Source of the DNA: Octopus sinensis
Taxonomy: Eukaryota
DNA length: 64,000 bases
Direction of reading: 5' to 3'
NCBI RefSeq assembly: GCF_006345805.1
Contig: NC_043004.1
Span: forward strand, 99,882,001-99,946,000
In this document: piece by piece, positions 1-12,667 of the stretch
Numbering within the stretch: the stretch's first letter is position 1
Layout of the letters: each line of letters starts with the position of its first letter
Translations under genes and position numbers: made by a program
The notes under the pieces: generated by a model
The model's database searches: none
Told to the model about the DNA's origin: nothing
Seen by the model: the letters and a program-made list of their open reading frames with translations, nothing else

Positions 1-82
1 CTAGCTTTGTGCAACAATTACGATACAGTTATTATAATTAATATAATCCTTTTTATTAATAGTAGTAGTAAGTCAACAAGCT

Positions 83-265
83 GGTATAATCATTAGCCCA
101 CCGTGCTAAACACTTAGCGGCATTTCGTCCGTCTTTACGTTCTGTGTTCAAATTCCGCCGTGGTCGACTTTGCATTTCATCTTTTGGGGGGTCGATAAAA
201 TAAGTAACAGTTGAGCACTGGGATCGATATAAGCGACTTACTTGTTTCCCTGAAACTCCCTGAAA
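83..265 (+). mobile_element. tRNA-derived SINE family B, diverged copy
   Basis: Matches the other B copies (51381, 16978): GTTCAAATTCC B-box, GGTCGACTTTGC-TTTCATCC...GGGGTCGATAAAATAAGTA core, CACTGGGATCGAT module. Confidence 0.8.
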
Positions 266-1072
266 TTTTAAACCATTAATGTTATTGTTGTTGTTGTTCT
301 TCTTGTTGTTAGTGGTAAGAAGTTCAACACATCCCCACAAGCTACTAAACCTTGCAAAAGGTATTAACAATTGCTGTTGCAGTTTTCGATATATTCTAAC
401 TCCCAAGACTAATTTACAAGCATATAAATGTACACACACACACACACACACACACACAAATGTGTATGCAGATTATTGTAAGTGTATGTGTGTGTGTGTG
501 TCGGTATATGTGAATCATATGAAGGCTTGTGTATATGTTCAGATCATGATACGTGTGTCTGTTTTAGTACGTGTGCGTGTCCGCCTGGCATTCTTTCTAA
601 GACAATTGTATATCTATTAGTATATGTGCTTGTACTGGCATATGTTCGTGATTGTTTGTACATTCTTACGAAGACAATTGGTGCTAAACACTTGGAATGG
701 TTAGATTATTTTCGGAAAAAGCTATTTAGTATAAAAGACAAATACCTATAAAAGCCACAGACTTTCTTTTTCGTTTGTTTTTGTTTTCAGATTTCTTTGG
801 TTGCTTTTTAAACTCGTTATTCATAAAATAACTTTTACCATTTTCAATTTCCTTTTTCTTGCTATTATTTTGCAACTATTTCACCTTTCATTTTCATTTT
901 ATTTTATTTTATTTTAACTTTATTTTACTTTCCATTTTTTTGTCTCCTACCATGATAAATATTGATTTATTTTGATTTGACAAAAGGCTCTATTATATAT
1001 ATTTTTTTATTTTTCTATTTCTTATTTTCGATTCTCGTTTAAAAAATCGTTTTAATATTTTTATCATCTATA

Positions 1073-1074
1073 GT

Positions 1075-1132
<58 letters not shown>

Positions 1133-1210
1133 ACATTCTCATTATTATTACTATTGTTATTCTTCTTCTTCTTCTTCTTCTTCTTCTTCTTTTTATTATT
1201 ATTATTATTA

Positions 1211-1277
<67 letters not shown>

Positions 1278-1290
1278 CATCATCATCATT
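1073..1290 (+). repeat. Compound microsatellite (ATC)n(TTC)n(ATT)n
   Basis: Seen directly in the sequence. Confidence 0.95.
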
Positions 1291-2121
1291 ATTTTACGTT
1301 CTTTCTTTAGTTTCTATTTATTTATTTTTTATAAAAAACAGTCACATTGTCTGCAAGGTTAAAACGATGTACCTGTGACCTCATAGGTCATAAGTTATAA
1401 ACGTGATACATTATAGTTTCTCTGTTATGTGTTAATCAAAGTACATAAAACTCTATTTGCCTCAGTCAACTTTACTAAACGAAGACACAATTCCATCTCA
1501 TATATATATTTATATAAGCAGTATTGTAGCTGTGGTCGATCTGAAATTGTATGCTCAAAAGAATTCCACCCATGCCCATCCTGTCATTTTGCATATTGGC
1601 GCTGCATTTTCCCACGTATTCCCAATAATTCAGAACGAGGAGATTAATTTGGAAGAGACGGAATTATTATTTATCGTCGACATGAGGCACCATAGAGGCT
1701 GTCTCATGAACAATATCTGATACATTTGCAGGGAAAGTATGTTTTCTGATGAATGGAATGTTGCCTGTTCGTATTTTGTCACTCAGAGTTACTTTTATGC
1801 TACCTTTGGTGAGCATTTTCGATTACATTCTTTGTTGTAATATTTCAATGTTAAGAAGAGCTGTTTCTGCATTGAGATTTATTTTCAATTATATATATAT
1901 ATATATATAAGTAGTTGAATGAATTATCCTAGTATGGATAATTCGGTTAACAGATACCCGGGTAGCAAATTTACGTCAGAAAGCACGGTTGAAGCTACAT
2001 GCCAAGGGCAGAAATCACGTGCTTTCGTGTGGAAATTTGTGTGTTTTTTTTACTATAGATAAATCTATGGACTCCGTGTGAGCAGCCGACTAAAAGTTTC
2101 TGCTCGTCATGATGCTGACAT

Positions 2122-2226
2122 AAGTTCCTTGTCTTTCCTGATGAGAAGGCGGCATAATGCACCCTTTATTCCTTCGGAATTAAGAATATGCAGTCTTCGA
2201 AACATATGTCGAGAATAAAGGAATTT
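2122..2226 (+). ncRNA. Type I hammerhead ribozyme with intact core
   Basis: CTGATGA 2138-2144; stem II GAAGGC/GTCTTC; GAAA 2199-2202; stem III AC-ATAT-GT; GUC triplet 2208-2210; stem I TTTC/GAGA extended by AAGTTCCTT/AAGGAATTT. Confidence 0.85.
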
Positions 2227-2263
2227 TTTAAAATCGTCGTTCGACCCCATTCATTCATTTATG

Positions 2264-2392
<129 letters not shown>

Positions 2393-2394
2393 AG

Positions 2395-2625
2395 TTAATC
2401 CAAACAAGAAAACACAAGAAAAACACAACAAAGCGAGGACGTGGAACAAATAAAGTATTATTGGACGCTCAGGAAAGAAGGGAAGAAGGAGTGTTTAACG
2501 TTTCGAGCGGAGCACTTCGGCGGAAACATAGGAGAAGGAAAGATCCCGAGAAGGGAAGACAGAGGAAAAAAAATCGCCAGCGGTACTCACGAGGTTTTGT
2601 GTAGGTGTAAGTGGTGGCGACACAA
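2395..2625 (-). mobile_element. Penelope-like terminal (pLTR) remnant with degenerate minimal hammerhead at 2492-2528
   Basis: Minus strand reads TGTTT-CCGCCGA-A-GTGC-TCC-GCTC-GAAAC-GTT-AAACA, a hammerhead layout with palindromic AACGTT stem III. The PLE assignment is inferred from the known association of minimal HHRs with PLE ends. Confidence 0.55.
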
Positions 2626-2986
2626 GTGGAAAAATAGAGGTAGAAGAAGAAATGTAAAGAAGGAAAAAGTACGAGAAAAAAAGTTATTGTAGAGTTACGG
2701 ACAGATTTTTTTGATTTCCAATCACGATTTCAGTGGCGTATATATATATACAAACACAAACACGCACACATTTATATACTTATATTTAATGGGTGAAATG
2801 TTTATTTTTCTTTCCTTTTTCCGAAAGCAGGTCATTGTGACTAATCAGACCAAGGAGTAAAGGCATTCCTGTCCTGAACAAACTTCTTTTTCTGTAAATA
2901 CAAAACCATTTTCTAGTATGTCGTTTCTTGATTGAAATTTGAAGCTGTGATTTCAGAACTATGTGTTTGCTGACGAAGAAATGTAC

Positions 2987-3382
2987 CAGGAGTGGCTGCG
3001 TGGTAAGTAGCTTGCTAACCAGCCACATGGTTCCGGGTTCAAACCCACTGCGGGGCATCTTGGGCAAGTGTCTTCTGCTGTAGCCCCGGGCCGACTAATG
3101 CCTTGTGAGTGGATTTGGTAGACGGAAACTGAAAGAAGCCTGTCGTATATATGTGTCTATATATAAGTGTGTGTGTATATGTTTGTGTCTATGTTTGTCC
3201 CCCTAGCATTGCTTGACAACCGATGCTGGTGTGTTTACGCCCCCGTCACGTAGCGGTTCGGCAAAAGTGACCGATAGAATAAGTACTGAGCTTACAAAGA
3301 ATAAGTCCCGGGGTCGATTTGCTCGACTAAAGGCGGTGCTCCAGCATGGCCGCAGTCAAATGACTGAAACAAGTAAAAGAGT
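2987..3382 (+). mobile_element. tRNA-derived SINE family A, full length
   Basis: tRNA-like head (GGAGTGGCTGCGTGGTAAG...GGTTCAAACCC), internal TA/TG microsatellite, 3' half ending CAGCATGGCCGCAGTCAAATGACTGAAACAAGTAAAAGAG. Confidence 0.9.
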
Positions 3383-3649
3383 ATACCTGAGACGTTGGGC
3401 TACATTCATTGACGTGCATTATAACTTTTGGACACATGCCTCAAAGAAAACTGCTCCTGAGTTGGAATAACTAGCGAACTACCATCGCTCTATTAAAACA
3501 TAAGTTGTATAATTATTCACATATTGTCTGGGAATTAAAGTACATTTTGCTTTGTGTTCGGTTTATTTATATATTTATATGTGTGTGAGTGTGTGTATGT
3601 GTGAGTGTGTGTATGTGTGAGTGTGTGTATGTATGAGTGCGTTTGTGTA

Positions 3650-3851
3650 TGTTTGTGTGTCTGTGTTTGCCCCCCCCCCAACGTCGCTTGGCAACAGATG
3701 GTAGTGTGTTTACGTCCCCGTAACTTAGCGGTTCGGCATAAGAGACCGATAGAATAAGTACTAAGCTTACAAAGAATAAGTCCTGGGGTCGATTTGCTCG
3801 ACTAGAGGTGGTATTCTAGCATGGCCGCAGTCAATGACTGAAACAAGTAAA
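3650..3851 (+). mobile_element. SINE family A, 3' half
   Basis: Same 3' half and tail as 3190-3382, preceded by a TG microsatellite. Confidence 0.85.
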
Positions 3852-5436
3852 CGTGAAAAAAGAAAGAGATATGAATAAGTATGCTGCTTATTATTTATTA
3901 AACTTATGTCTACTACATTTCGACACATACATTGGTAGAACTTCAGAGAAAATAGTTTGCTGTATTTAGTTTAGTCCGTTTATTGTCTGATTTTGATTTT
4001 TAATTGTTGATTTTGATCTTCATACTTCTTATGATTATCATAATAAAGAATCTGTCAAGTGCTCGCGTAAATACACATGAGTATAACACTCTTGTAAAGT
4101 TTGTTGTTTTGTAACAACTCAATATTTTTTTTCTTTCATTTTCCATGAAATGTAGTTGAGTCTGTTATTTGGTGTGGAATGATCCTTCTTTGAAATCGCC
4201 CTGGAATTTATATTTTCTGAGAGGTACACCCTAGCAATACTAAAATAAACATGTGAAATAGTTGCATATCCTTATGGAGAAACCCATCAATCTTTAGTTA
4301 TATTTCTTTTTTAAGATCTGAACTATCATATAGAAACCCACGTAACACTTGTCCGTTATAGGACAGTAACCGCTAATGCTAATTCGTGTAAGCCTCTCCT
4401 ACCCATATCCCCGATTTACGTTCCAATTGTTATGCATCCAGTATTCTGAGAATAGTAAACTCGGAGGTAGACCTTTGGGTCATGCATCTATCTGAGAACA
4501 ACTTCAACCTTTTTCTCACTCGTCTTAAAGACCTTGAAAACTGTATACGGGCATTTCTTTTCCACCCCTGTCTAAGCCATAAAAATAAAGGAAAATATTA
4601 CATGAATTTCGAGCATGTAAAATGTCCTTGATAGAGAGTAGTATCATATTTGAACCAAACATCATAAATATTATATCCTACTGGTCGCAAGTGATATTTT
4701 ATCTATATAATCATTAAGACAGCTCTGATACAAATTCAAAAATTTATCCGTGTGATTCATTGAATACTTTTGATACTTTTACTTAATGTTATTTTATCTT
4801 TGGTTCTAGAAAGTTCGTTCCGAACTTTCCAATTACACAACTACATCCTTAACAATTACAAAGTAATCTTATATCTCTTCAGCATCTTCTTTTTGTGTTC
4901 TCTTATCTTTCTATTTCATGTTCATTAGAGAAAGAAACGGTATTTGTCTATATCTTACAACACAAGAATATCCAATTACAGAATATAGGAATTTTTAAAA
5001 ATTTATGTTTTCAATTTAGACGTCTCTGTCACTTTAATCTCTAATGAAAAGCTTCCCTTTTTTTTTGTTCTTATTCGCAACACAAAAGCTTTGATAATTG
5101 CTATAGCCAATAACATTATTACTGTTATTCAGTAGTTTATATTTTCATTACGTACTTTCAATCCAATAGCGATGGCAGCTCTATGGGACTTGGATATCTG
5201 TTGCGGTTTGTTTTGGTATTATTACTTTTACCGTGTTTAAAGTGTTCTGTGTAGGATGTGCACGGTACCTAACCATGCTATTTTCTGTAATTTGTATATA
5301 TTCATAAGCTCTGAGCTCTTGGCTATGCAATTGTCTGCATGTTTTATGATTCTATCTGAAGCACCGATCATTACACGGATTGTTTCTGTTCCAAGGTCTA
5401 AATTATTATTATTATTATATATTATTATTATTATTA

Positions 5437-5544
<108 letters not shown>

Positions 5545-5548
5545 CATT

Positions 5549-6112
5549 ATTATTATTGATTGAGAGAGCAGTGCATACCATCAAAGAAACACTGGGGTAA
5601 AATATACGAAGCTCAGTATACCCATCATGACTACCCGTCTGATAAGGGTACACCAGGCATATGCATCACAACCATATGTTTCGTGACATAATGATCTCAT
5701 ATGAAGATAAACAGCACTTGACCTTGCAAGTGGGGCCCAGTTAGAATTTTCTTCTAGTCGAGTAGGCCATCTCGCTCAAAAGGTCCCTGAAGAAGGATTG
5801 ATTAAGGATGTTGAACGAACCACCCATGTTTCCAAGTGTGAATTATCCAAACCTCTAAGAATTCCTTTCAACACACGGCTATGATGTTCCCCACTATCCC
5901 TGCTCATGATCAGAGATGTACATATCGTCAGCCACTAGGGGACATGGTCAACTGGCTAAGGTCAAATAACTGACAAGCAAATCTGTGGTATTGAGCAGAA
6001 TATTTGCTGTAGCCCATGTTTTATACCAAGACAAAACAATGTACATGATAACACTTCCAATCAGTTAAGATCACCAGCCATGAGAGCCACTGTCTAGTAC
6101 TGCATCAGAACA
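5549..6112 (-). mobile_element. Dispersed repeat family D (~550 bp, probable non-autonomous retroelement)
   Basis: Reverse complement of 6358-6880 and 41742-42218; (ATT)n on both sides; ends in an (AAT)n tail in its sense orientation. Orientation is inferred from the tail. Confidence 0.75.
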
Positions 6113-6357
<245 letters not shown>

Positions 6358-6880
6358 AGATGCAGTACCAGGCAGCGGCTCTAAATGCCCTGAAGCAGTA
6401 CCAGGCAGTGGCTCTCATGGCTTCTGATCTTAACTGAGAGGAAGTGTTATCATGTACATTGTTTTGTCTTGGTATAAAAGATGGGCTACAGCAAATATTC
6501 TGCTCAATACCACAGATTTGCTTGTCAGTTGTTTGACCTTAACCAGTTGACCATGTCCCTTAGTGAATGGCGATATGTGCATCACTGATCACGAGTAGAT
6601 GTAGTGAGGGAGCATCATAGCCATTTGTTGAGAGGGATTCTTTGTGGTTTGAAAAATTCACCTCTGGAAACATTGGTGTTTCATTCAACATCCTTAATCA
6701 ATCCTTCTTCAGGGACCTTTTGAGCAGGATGGGCTACTCGACTAGAAGAAAATTCTAACTGGGCCCCACCTGCAAGGTCATGCGCTGTTTATCTTGATAT
6801 GAGATCATCATGTTGTGCATATATGGCTGTGATGCATGTGCCTAATGTACGCTTATCAGACGGTTAGTGATGATGGGTTT
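6358..6880 (+). mobile_element. Dispersed repeat family D, 3'-truncated
   Basis: Inverted copy of about 5620-6112; short internal duplication of GCAGTACCAGGCAG at its start. Confidence 0.75.
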
Positions 6881-7029
6881 GAAAACAGCTTCAGGTACAT
6901 GGAGGATTTTAGGTTGGCGCACCTGGAAAAATAGCTAAATCACAATATCACGAAGCCTATAAACACAAATCTTATGTATACCGTTTTGTGACACATCTTA
7001 CCACAGTTCATGTAAGATATCTCACATAC

Positions 7030-7500
7030 AGGATGCCCCTTACTAATTTTCCGCACTGAAATCATGGTCAAGCTTAGAACTATATTGCTGGGAATTCATA
7101 GCATCCACAAGATAGACAACATCCTTGGTGAGGAAGCGACATCCAATGGCGAATTCCTCGAATGCATGAACAATGAAAGCGTGGAAATAATTTGGGGCGT
7201 AGACGAGAACAGTCTGAACTTTCATTACTGGAGGGCATTAAAGGTGGAGCCTAGTGGCAACAAAGGTGAGGAAATAATCTGTTCATGCCAAGCAATATAG
7301 GCATAACATGTCAGCAGTTGAACCTGTTCTTGACGACAAAATTCCGGAATACGCTATCGTTGTATGTAAATTATCAAATTGAAGGCTTGTACTGAATATC
7401 TGCTGTCACGGTCTGTTGAATCCAACTATCAGCTAAGTATAACTTGAAGATTGACGCGCTACACTCGTTTGGAGACAACATGTATCTAACATTTATCTGT
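7030..7500 (-). pseudogene. Degraded APE-type endonuclease of a Tx1/L1-like LINE
   Basis: Frameshifted minus-strand translation gives KFRLF(S)VYAPN...FEEF...VVYLVDAMN, resembling the FRLxxVYAPN and GDxN motifs of L1/Tx1 endonucleases. Confidence 0.4.
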
Positions 7501-7979
7501 TGGTTCGGAATACCAAATAAAAAAAAAGGGGGAAGAAAAACTGTGTAATGTATTCGCTTGAAATGTTTGATAGCTATTATCTTCCTTCATGGCCAAGACA
7601 TCGTAAACTTCTTTAAGTAGAGAGTAAAGAACGAAAAAACTCTTCCTAGCCTGTTATACGAACGGTGGGTGAGAATATTGGAACTGGCAAGATTGATTGA
7701 ACTCAACCTGAATATAAGTTACATGTTTAATAAAAAAAAATCGAGGAGAGAATACTTTGATGATTTCGATATGGCAGAGTATTAAAAGCGCTCTTCATTC
7801 CCCCCACATCTTAGGGAACTTGATGAAATTCTAATAACGTAATTGTATTTTCTTGACACCTTTTTATTCGTTGTTAATTATATGATTTATACGCTTGTTC
7901 TTCGCCTTGTATTGTCCTGCGAACACGGGACATATAAATGAAATTATACACCTCTTTTTCTTCCTCCTCCTCAACCTCA

Positions 7980-8310
7980 GTTTTATCATCATCATCATCA
8001 TCATCATCACCATCTTCTTCCCCATCGTCACCATCGTCGTTGTCATCCACAGCAGCAGCAGCAGTTGTAATTTCACTATTTTCCGCATCGTTATCGTTAC
8101 AATCTACATCGTCATCAAGTGCATCATCATCATTATCATCATCATCATCATCATCATCATCATCGTCTTCGTCTTCTACATCATCATCATCAACAACAAC
8201 ATCATCATCATCATCATCATCATCGACATCATCATCACCAGTAGTAGTATTAGTATTAGTAGTAGTAGTGGTGGTTGTGGTGGTGGTGGTGGTAGTAGTA
8301 GTAGTAGTAG
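7980..8310 (+). repeat. Compound trinucleotide microsatellite (ATC/TAG/GTG)n
   Basis: Seen directly; it explains the Asp/Thr/Ser-rich ORFs here. Confidence 0.9.
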
Positions 8311-8578
8311 TATAGTATCTCCAGTATTGCGATTTAAAATTTTCTACTTTCGTTTTTATTTTTAAATATAATTCTCTCATATATAAAATGCGAGTGTAAG
8401 GGTCTATATGTGTGAGCGTACGTGTGTGTGTATGTGTGTGTGTGTGTGCGTGTGTGGGTGAATGTGTACATATATATTTGAAAGCATATATACTTACACA
8501 AATTTACATTGATGTATACACGCACAAACTCATCTGTACATACATACATATTTGTATATATATATACACACACATAGT

Positions 8579-8640
<62 letters not shown>

Positions 8641-9467
8641 TGCATATATGTGAGTGTGTATGCCTCTTTGACTGCGAGTGCATGACTTTTAGTTAAAACG
8701 TAATTGAAATTTAGTATCAAGTTCATCTTGTCTGTGGTATATTCATGAAATTCAGAATTTCATTTCACAAATAATCTATATTTTTATATTTTCTCATCGC
8801 TATACATTAGCATTAGTGCTATAAAACTACCACACACACTCATACATACACACACCTGTACATACACATCTCCACACATACACACACAGGCACCGCACTC
8901 ACTGACTCACACACGCATAACACAGAGATGTATTTGCTGTATTCCGTTTCATGTTTCCGACTTAAATCACCTACTGGCAATGTCGGCAATTGATCTACGT
9001 TGTGTTTGAAGTCATGAGACGGTTTTGTTTCCTCTAAATAAAACACCTGTACGATTTAGTGAAATAATTTCAATGCTTCAGGATAGATACACAATTCTTA
9101 AATAACAACAATAGTTTTGTAGTAATAATTTATATTTAAAAACAAGCTATGGTTGTTGGTAAGTAGTATCAGCGTAAGTATGAAGTTGCATAACTGAAAA
9201 TTTTATGGAAATGCATGAAAATATATTAGCTTTTATTTATTTTTTTAATGTGAGAGGTGGATTCTAGATCAACAATTTGTGTTACCAAACTATTCGGAAT
9301 GTGCAGAAAGTTTACATCAATATTGTAGATATATGTGTCTAAATGTACGTAAGTATGCATATAAATGTTTATGTACAAGATTTTATGTGCATATACGTAT
9401 ACATGAGACCCTCCCGCTCTCTTTATCTAACTATTTATCTATGTATAATTTTGTCTATCTATAACTA

Positions 9468-9869
9468 TACTCTCTCTTACTTGTTTCAGTCATTTGACTG
9501 CGGCCATGCTGGAGCACCGCCTTTAGTCGAGCAAATGGACCCGAGACTTATTCTTTGTAAGCCCAGTACTTATTCTATCAGTCTCTTTTGCCGAACCGCT
9601 AAGTGACGGGGACGTAAACACACCAGCATCGGTTGTCAAGCAATGCTAGGGGGACAAACACAGACACACAAATATATACACACACACTTATATATATACA
9701 TATATACGACAGGCTTCTTTCAGTTTCCGACTACCAAATCCACTCACAAGACATTGGTCGGCCCGGGGCTATAGCAGAAGACACTTGCTCAAGATGCCAC
9801 GCAGTCGGACTGAACCCGGAACCATGTGGTTGGTTAGCAAGCTACTTACCACACAGCCACTCCTGCGCC
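9468..9869 (-). mobile_element. SINE family A, full length
   Basis: Reverse complement of the 2987-3382 consensus, head through tail. Confidence 0.92.
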
Positions 9870-9897
9870 TATATATAAATTAAGAAATAAAGTCAAA

Positions 9898-10745
9898 CGC
9901 AGGTGTTATTCAAAACTTTATACTTCCAACATATGTTTCGAGGAAATCATTGATATTATTCCAGAAGGAATAAAATGATGTAAAACAATGCAATCATCTC
10001 GTCACGGAAAAAAAAGAGAAACAAAACATATTAATAAGCCATTTCAACCGAATGTGATTATGACGTATATGATGAAGAGGAACGCTGGTAAATTATTTTT
10101 AAAAAAATAGATTTAACGTCAAAGGTAATTTAGAGAAAGAAGAGGAGAAAGAAAGAAATGAACAGAAAATTAAGAATGGAGACATATAGTGTGATAGATG
10201 AGTGGAAATAAAGTTTAAGGGCGTATAAATAGATATATGTAGTAGAAATGAAATGTAAGAAGACAGTTAAAGGTCGAATTTTATAGACTGGGTAGAAAGT
10301 ACTTATAGGAATTAAAGGTATGTTTTTGCTAATGTTTACAACGATAAATGCGTTCTTTAAACGGGTTTACAAGGGTATGCTCCAAGAAAAGGATGAGAAA
10401 TTGTTCTTCGTTACAGAGCTTTATTCCGATTCATCTATCACGCTATATTTCTCCACTGTTTGTTTTCTGTTAATTTCTTTCCCCTCCTCTTTTTCTGAAT
10501 TACCATGACGTTAAATCTATTAACGGTTTTAAAAACATAACTTGCCAGCTTTCACCTTCATCATACACGCGGTAATCACATTCGGTTTAAATGGCTTATT
10601 GATGCGTTTTGTTTCTCTTTTTTCCCCTGACGAAATTATTCCATGGCTTTACATAATTTTTATTCCCTCCGGACTAATATCAATACTTTCTTCGAAACAG
10701 ATGTTGGAATTATAAAGATTTGAATAGCACCTAGGTTTGTCTCCA
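9898..10745. repeat. Inverted repeat (~320-bp arms at 9898-10215 and 10415-10745), probable PLE pLTR pair, each arm with a degenerate hammerhead
   Basis: The arms align as reverse complements (e.g. GACGTTAAATCTATT, AATCACATTCGGTT, TTCCAACATATGTTTCG). HHR layouts at 9924-10009 (-) and 10622-10709 (+). Confidence 0.7.
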
Positions 10746-10892
10746 TTGCTTAATTTATCTTTGTTATACAAAAACATTTCACTTAACCCTGGAATTTCTA
10801 CCATTATAAGTAGACTGTAATATCCTTTGCATTTATGTGGATTTTTGCTACCCTGGTAATTATTTATTTATTTTACCGTGTTATTTGTACTC

Positions 10893-10988
<96 letters not shown>

Positions 10989-11508
10989 CATACATACATA
11001 CATACATACACATTTCTTTTGTATTTCATATGCAAGGTCTTTGATGTGAATTCTTGTGTTGAAAGAAACTTTCTCGTGCCTTGGGAGGGTCATTGCGCCA
11101 GCAGTAATAAACACACACACTGATTCAATATCACTTCTTTATTGATATTCAATTGGTTAAATATCTAAGCAACTTACTAATCGATTATTTGCTTCATGTG
11201 CTGGTTAACAAATTAATCTGTTGTTAGTCAAATGCCTTTTGTTGCTATTGCTGAGCTCCTTAGTAAATTGCCCCGTCTCTTCAAGGCCTGCCTTGGGTCT
11301 GTCCAAGAATTTAATCTTTTGCATGTGCATATTTATGATTGCATAGATATATGTAAATGTGTGTTGGCTTACTATCTGTTCATCTATCTATCTGTCGTTC
11401 TGTCTGTTTATCTATCTATCTATTCACTTCTCTCTCGCTCTCTCTCTCTCTGCATATATATATATATATATACACGCATATATATACTAGTTATAAATAA
11501 ATAAATAT

Positions 11509-11546
<38 letters not shown>

Positions 11547-11702
11547 CTTAGTTATACCTATATATATGTATATATATGTAAGTAGTATGTATAAATGTAT
11601 ATATACTACTATACTACTTATATATACATATATACAATTATATATACTCATATATAAATAAGCATATATATTTATATATTTATATATGAGTATATATATA
11701 TA

Positions 11703-11733
<31 letters not shown>

Positions 11734-11799
11734 ATACGCAAATCTGCTTTCCTATAGCAAGATGGGCCTCAACAGACTATTTGTATTGGCTACTTGCAA

Positions 11800-12290
11800 T
11801 ATTTTTCATGTGGATCCATTTCTAAATCATTAAATCTTTATTTTTTCTGAACATCTCCACCCACATCCTAATGTTTCTCTTTGTTTCCTTCCTCTTTCAA
11901 ATATTACTTTTGTGCTGAAATTGTTATTGCCCTCTCATAATAATTTCAGTAGCTGTCTAAAATTTCTCTTATATTACATCATAGACCTTCCAATATCCTG
12001 TAGAGCGCATTCATTGTAGTCAGCTTTGATCTACGAAGTTCTCAGAATTTTATCTTCAACGTTCCGTTTAAGAACTTCTCTATTCTCTACTTTTTTTTTA
12101 GCAATTCTATTAATTATCCAAGTTTCTTTCCAAATATACCATAAATTCTTTTAGCTATGAGTCTAAAAATATCTTTCATTGTTTCTTTTCAAATATTCCA
12201 GTCACACCGTATATATTATGCTTTGGACATTACAATCTTTGTCGTGACAATTCTTCTCTTTAACGGTTTTGTAAATCAATTTGCATTTGT
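11800..12290 (-). pseudogene. Degraded RTE-like LINE RT C-terminal region
   Basis: The frameshifted minus strand gives ...YGxxWNI*KETMK...NREVLKRNVE...ERGRKQR..W, resembling RTE LYGCESWT / NxEVL / RGRP..W motifs. Confidence 0.45.
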
Positions 12291-12473
12291 AAAATATGGT
12301 AGCTGAAAGAATGTCGAAAGAAAGACAGATCATGCAATTCTTTTGGACCTAAGGATGGAAAGGTGGATGTGTTCAATGATCATATACTTTTGTAAACTTG
12401 ACCTTGATAAAAATGTGGAACTTTCCCTGAACCCCAAAACAACATTCAGTATTACTTCTAAGGGGCAAGTTGC

Positions 12474-12667
12474 CAGTTGTTAGAATCATTAGCAAGCCGA
12501 GTAAAATGTTCTAAAGGCTTATCGTCCGTCTTTCGTTCTCAGATCGAATTCTACTGAGTCTGCCTTTCATCCATTCGGAGTCGATAAAATACGCACCAGT
12601 TCAGCACTGGGGTCAATGCAATCGACGTGCCCTTCCCCCCACCGCCTTGTGACAAAATTTGAAATTA
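12474..12667 (+). mobile_element. SINE family B, diverged copy
   Basis: GCCTTTCATCCATTCGGAGTCGATAAAATA...CAGCACTGGGGTCAATGCAATCGAC core. Confidence 0.75.

Noticed and set aside
1746-1790. CTGATGA at 1746 (also at 24773, 26366 on minus and 46236 on minus)
   Set aside because: No properly placed GAAA with paired stems I and II; expected by chance.
2987-3065. tRNA-like sequences at SINE A, B and C heads
   Set aside because: They have A/B boxes but no complete cloverleaf, and they continue directly into SINE bodies; not tRNA genes.
8900-9047. Minus-strand open stretch VFYLEETKPSHDFKHNVDQLPTLPV after a CAG acceptor
   Set aside because: Weak polypyrimidine tract, no convincing donor and no recognisable homology.
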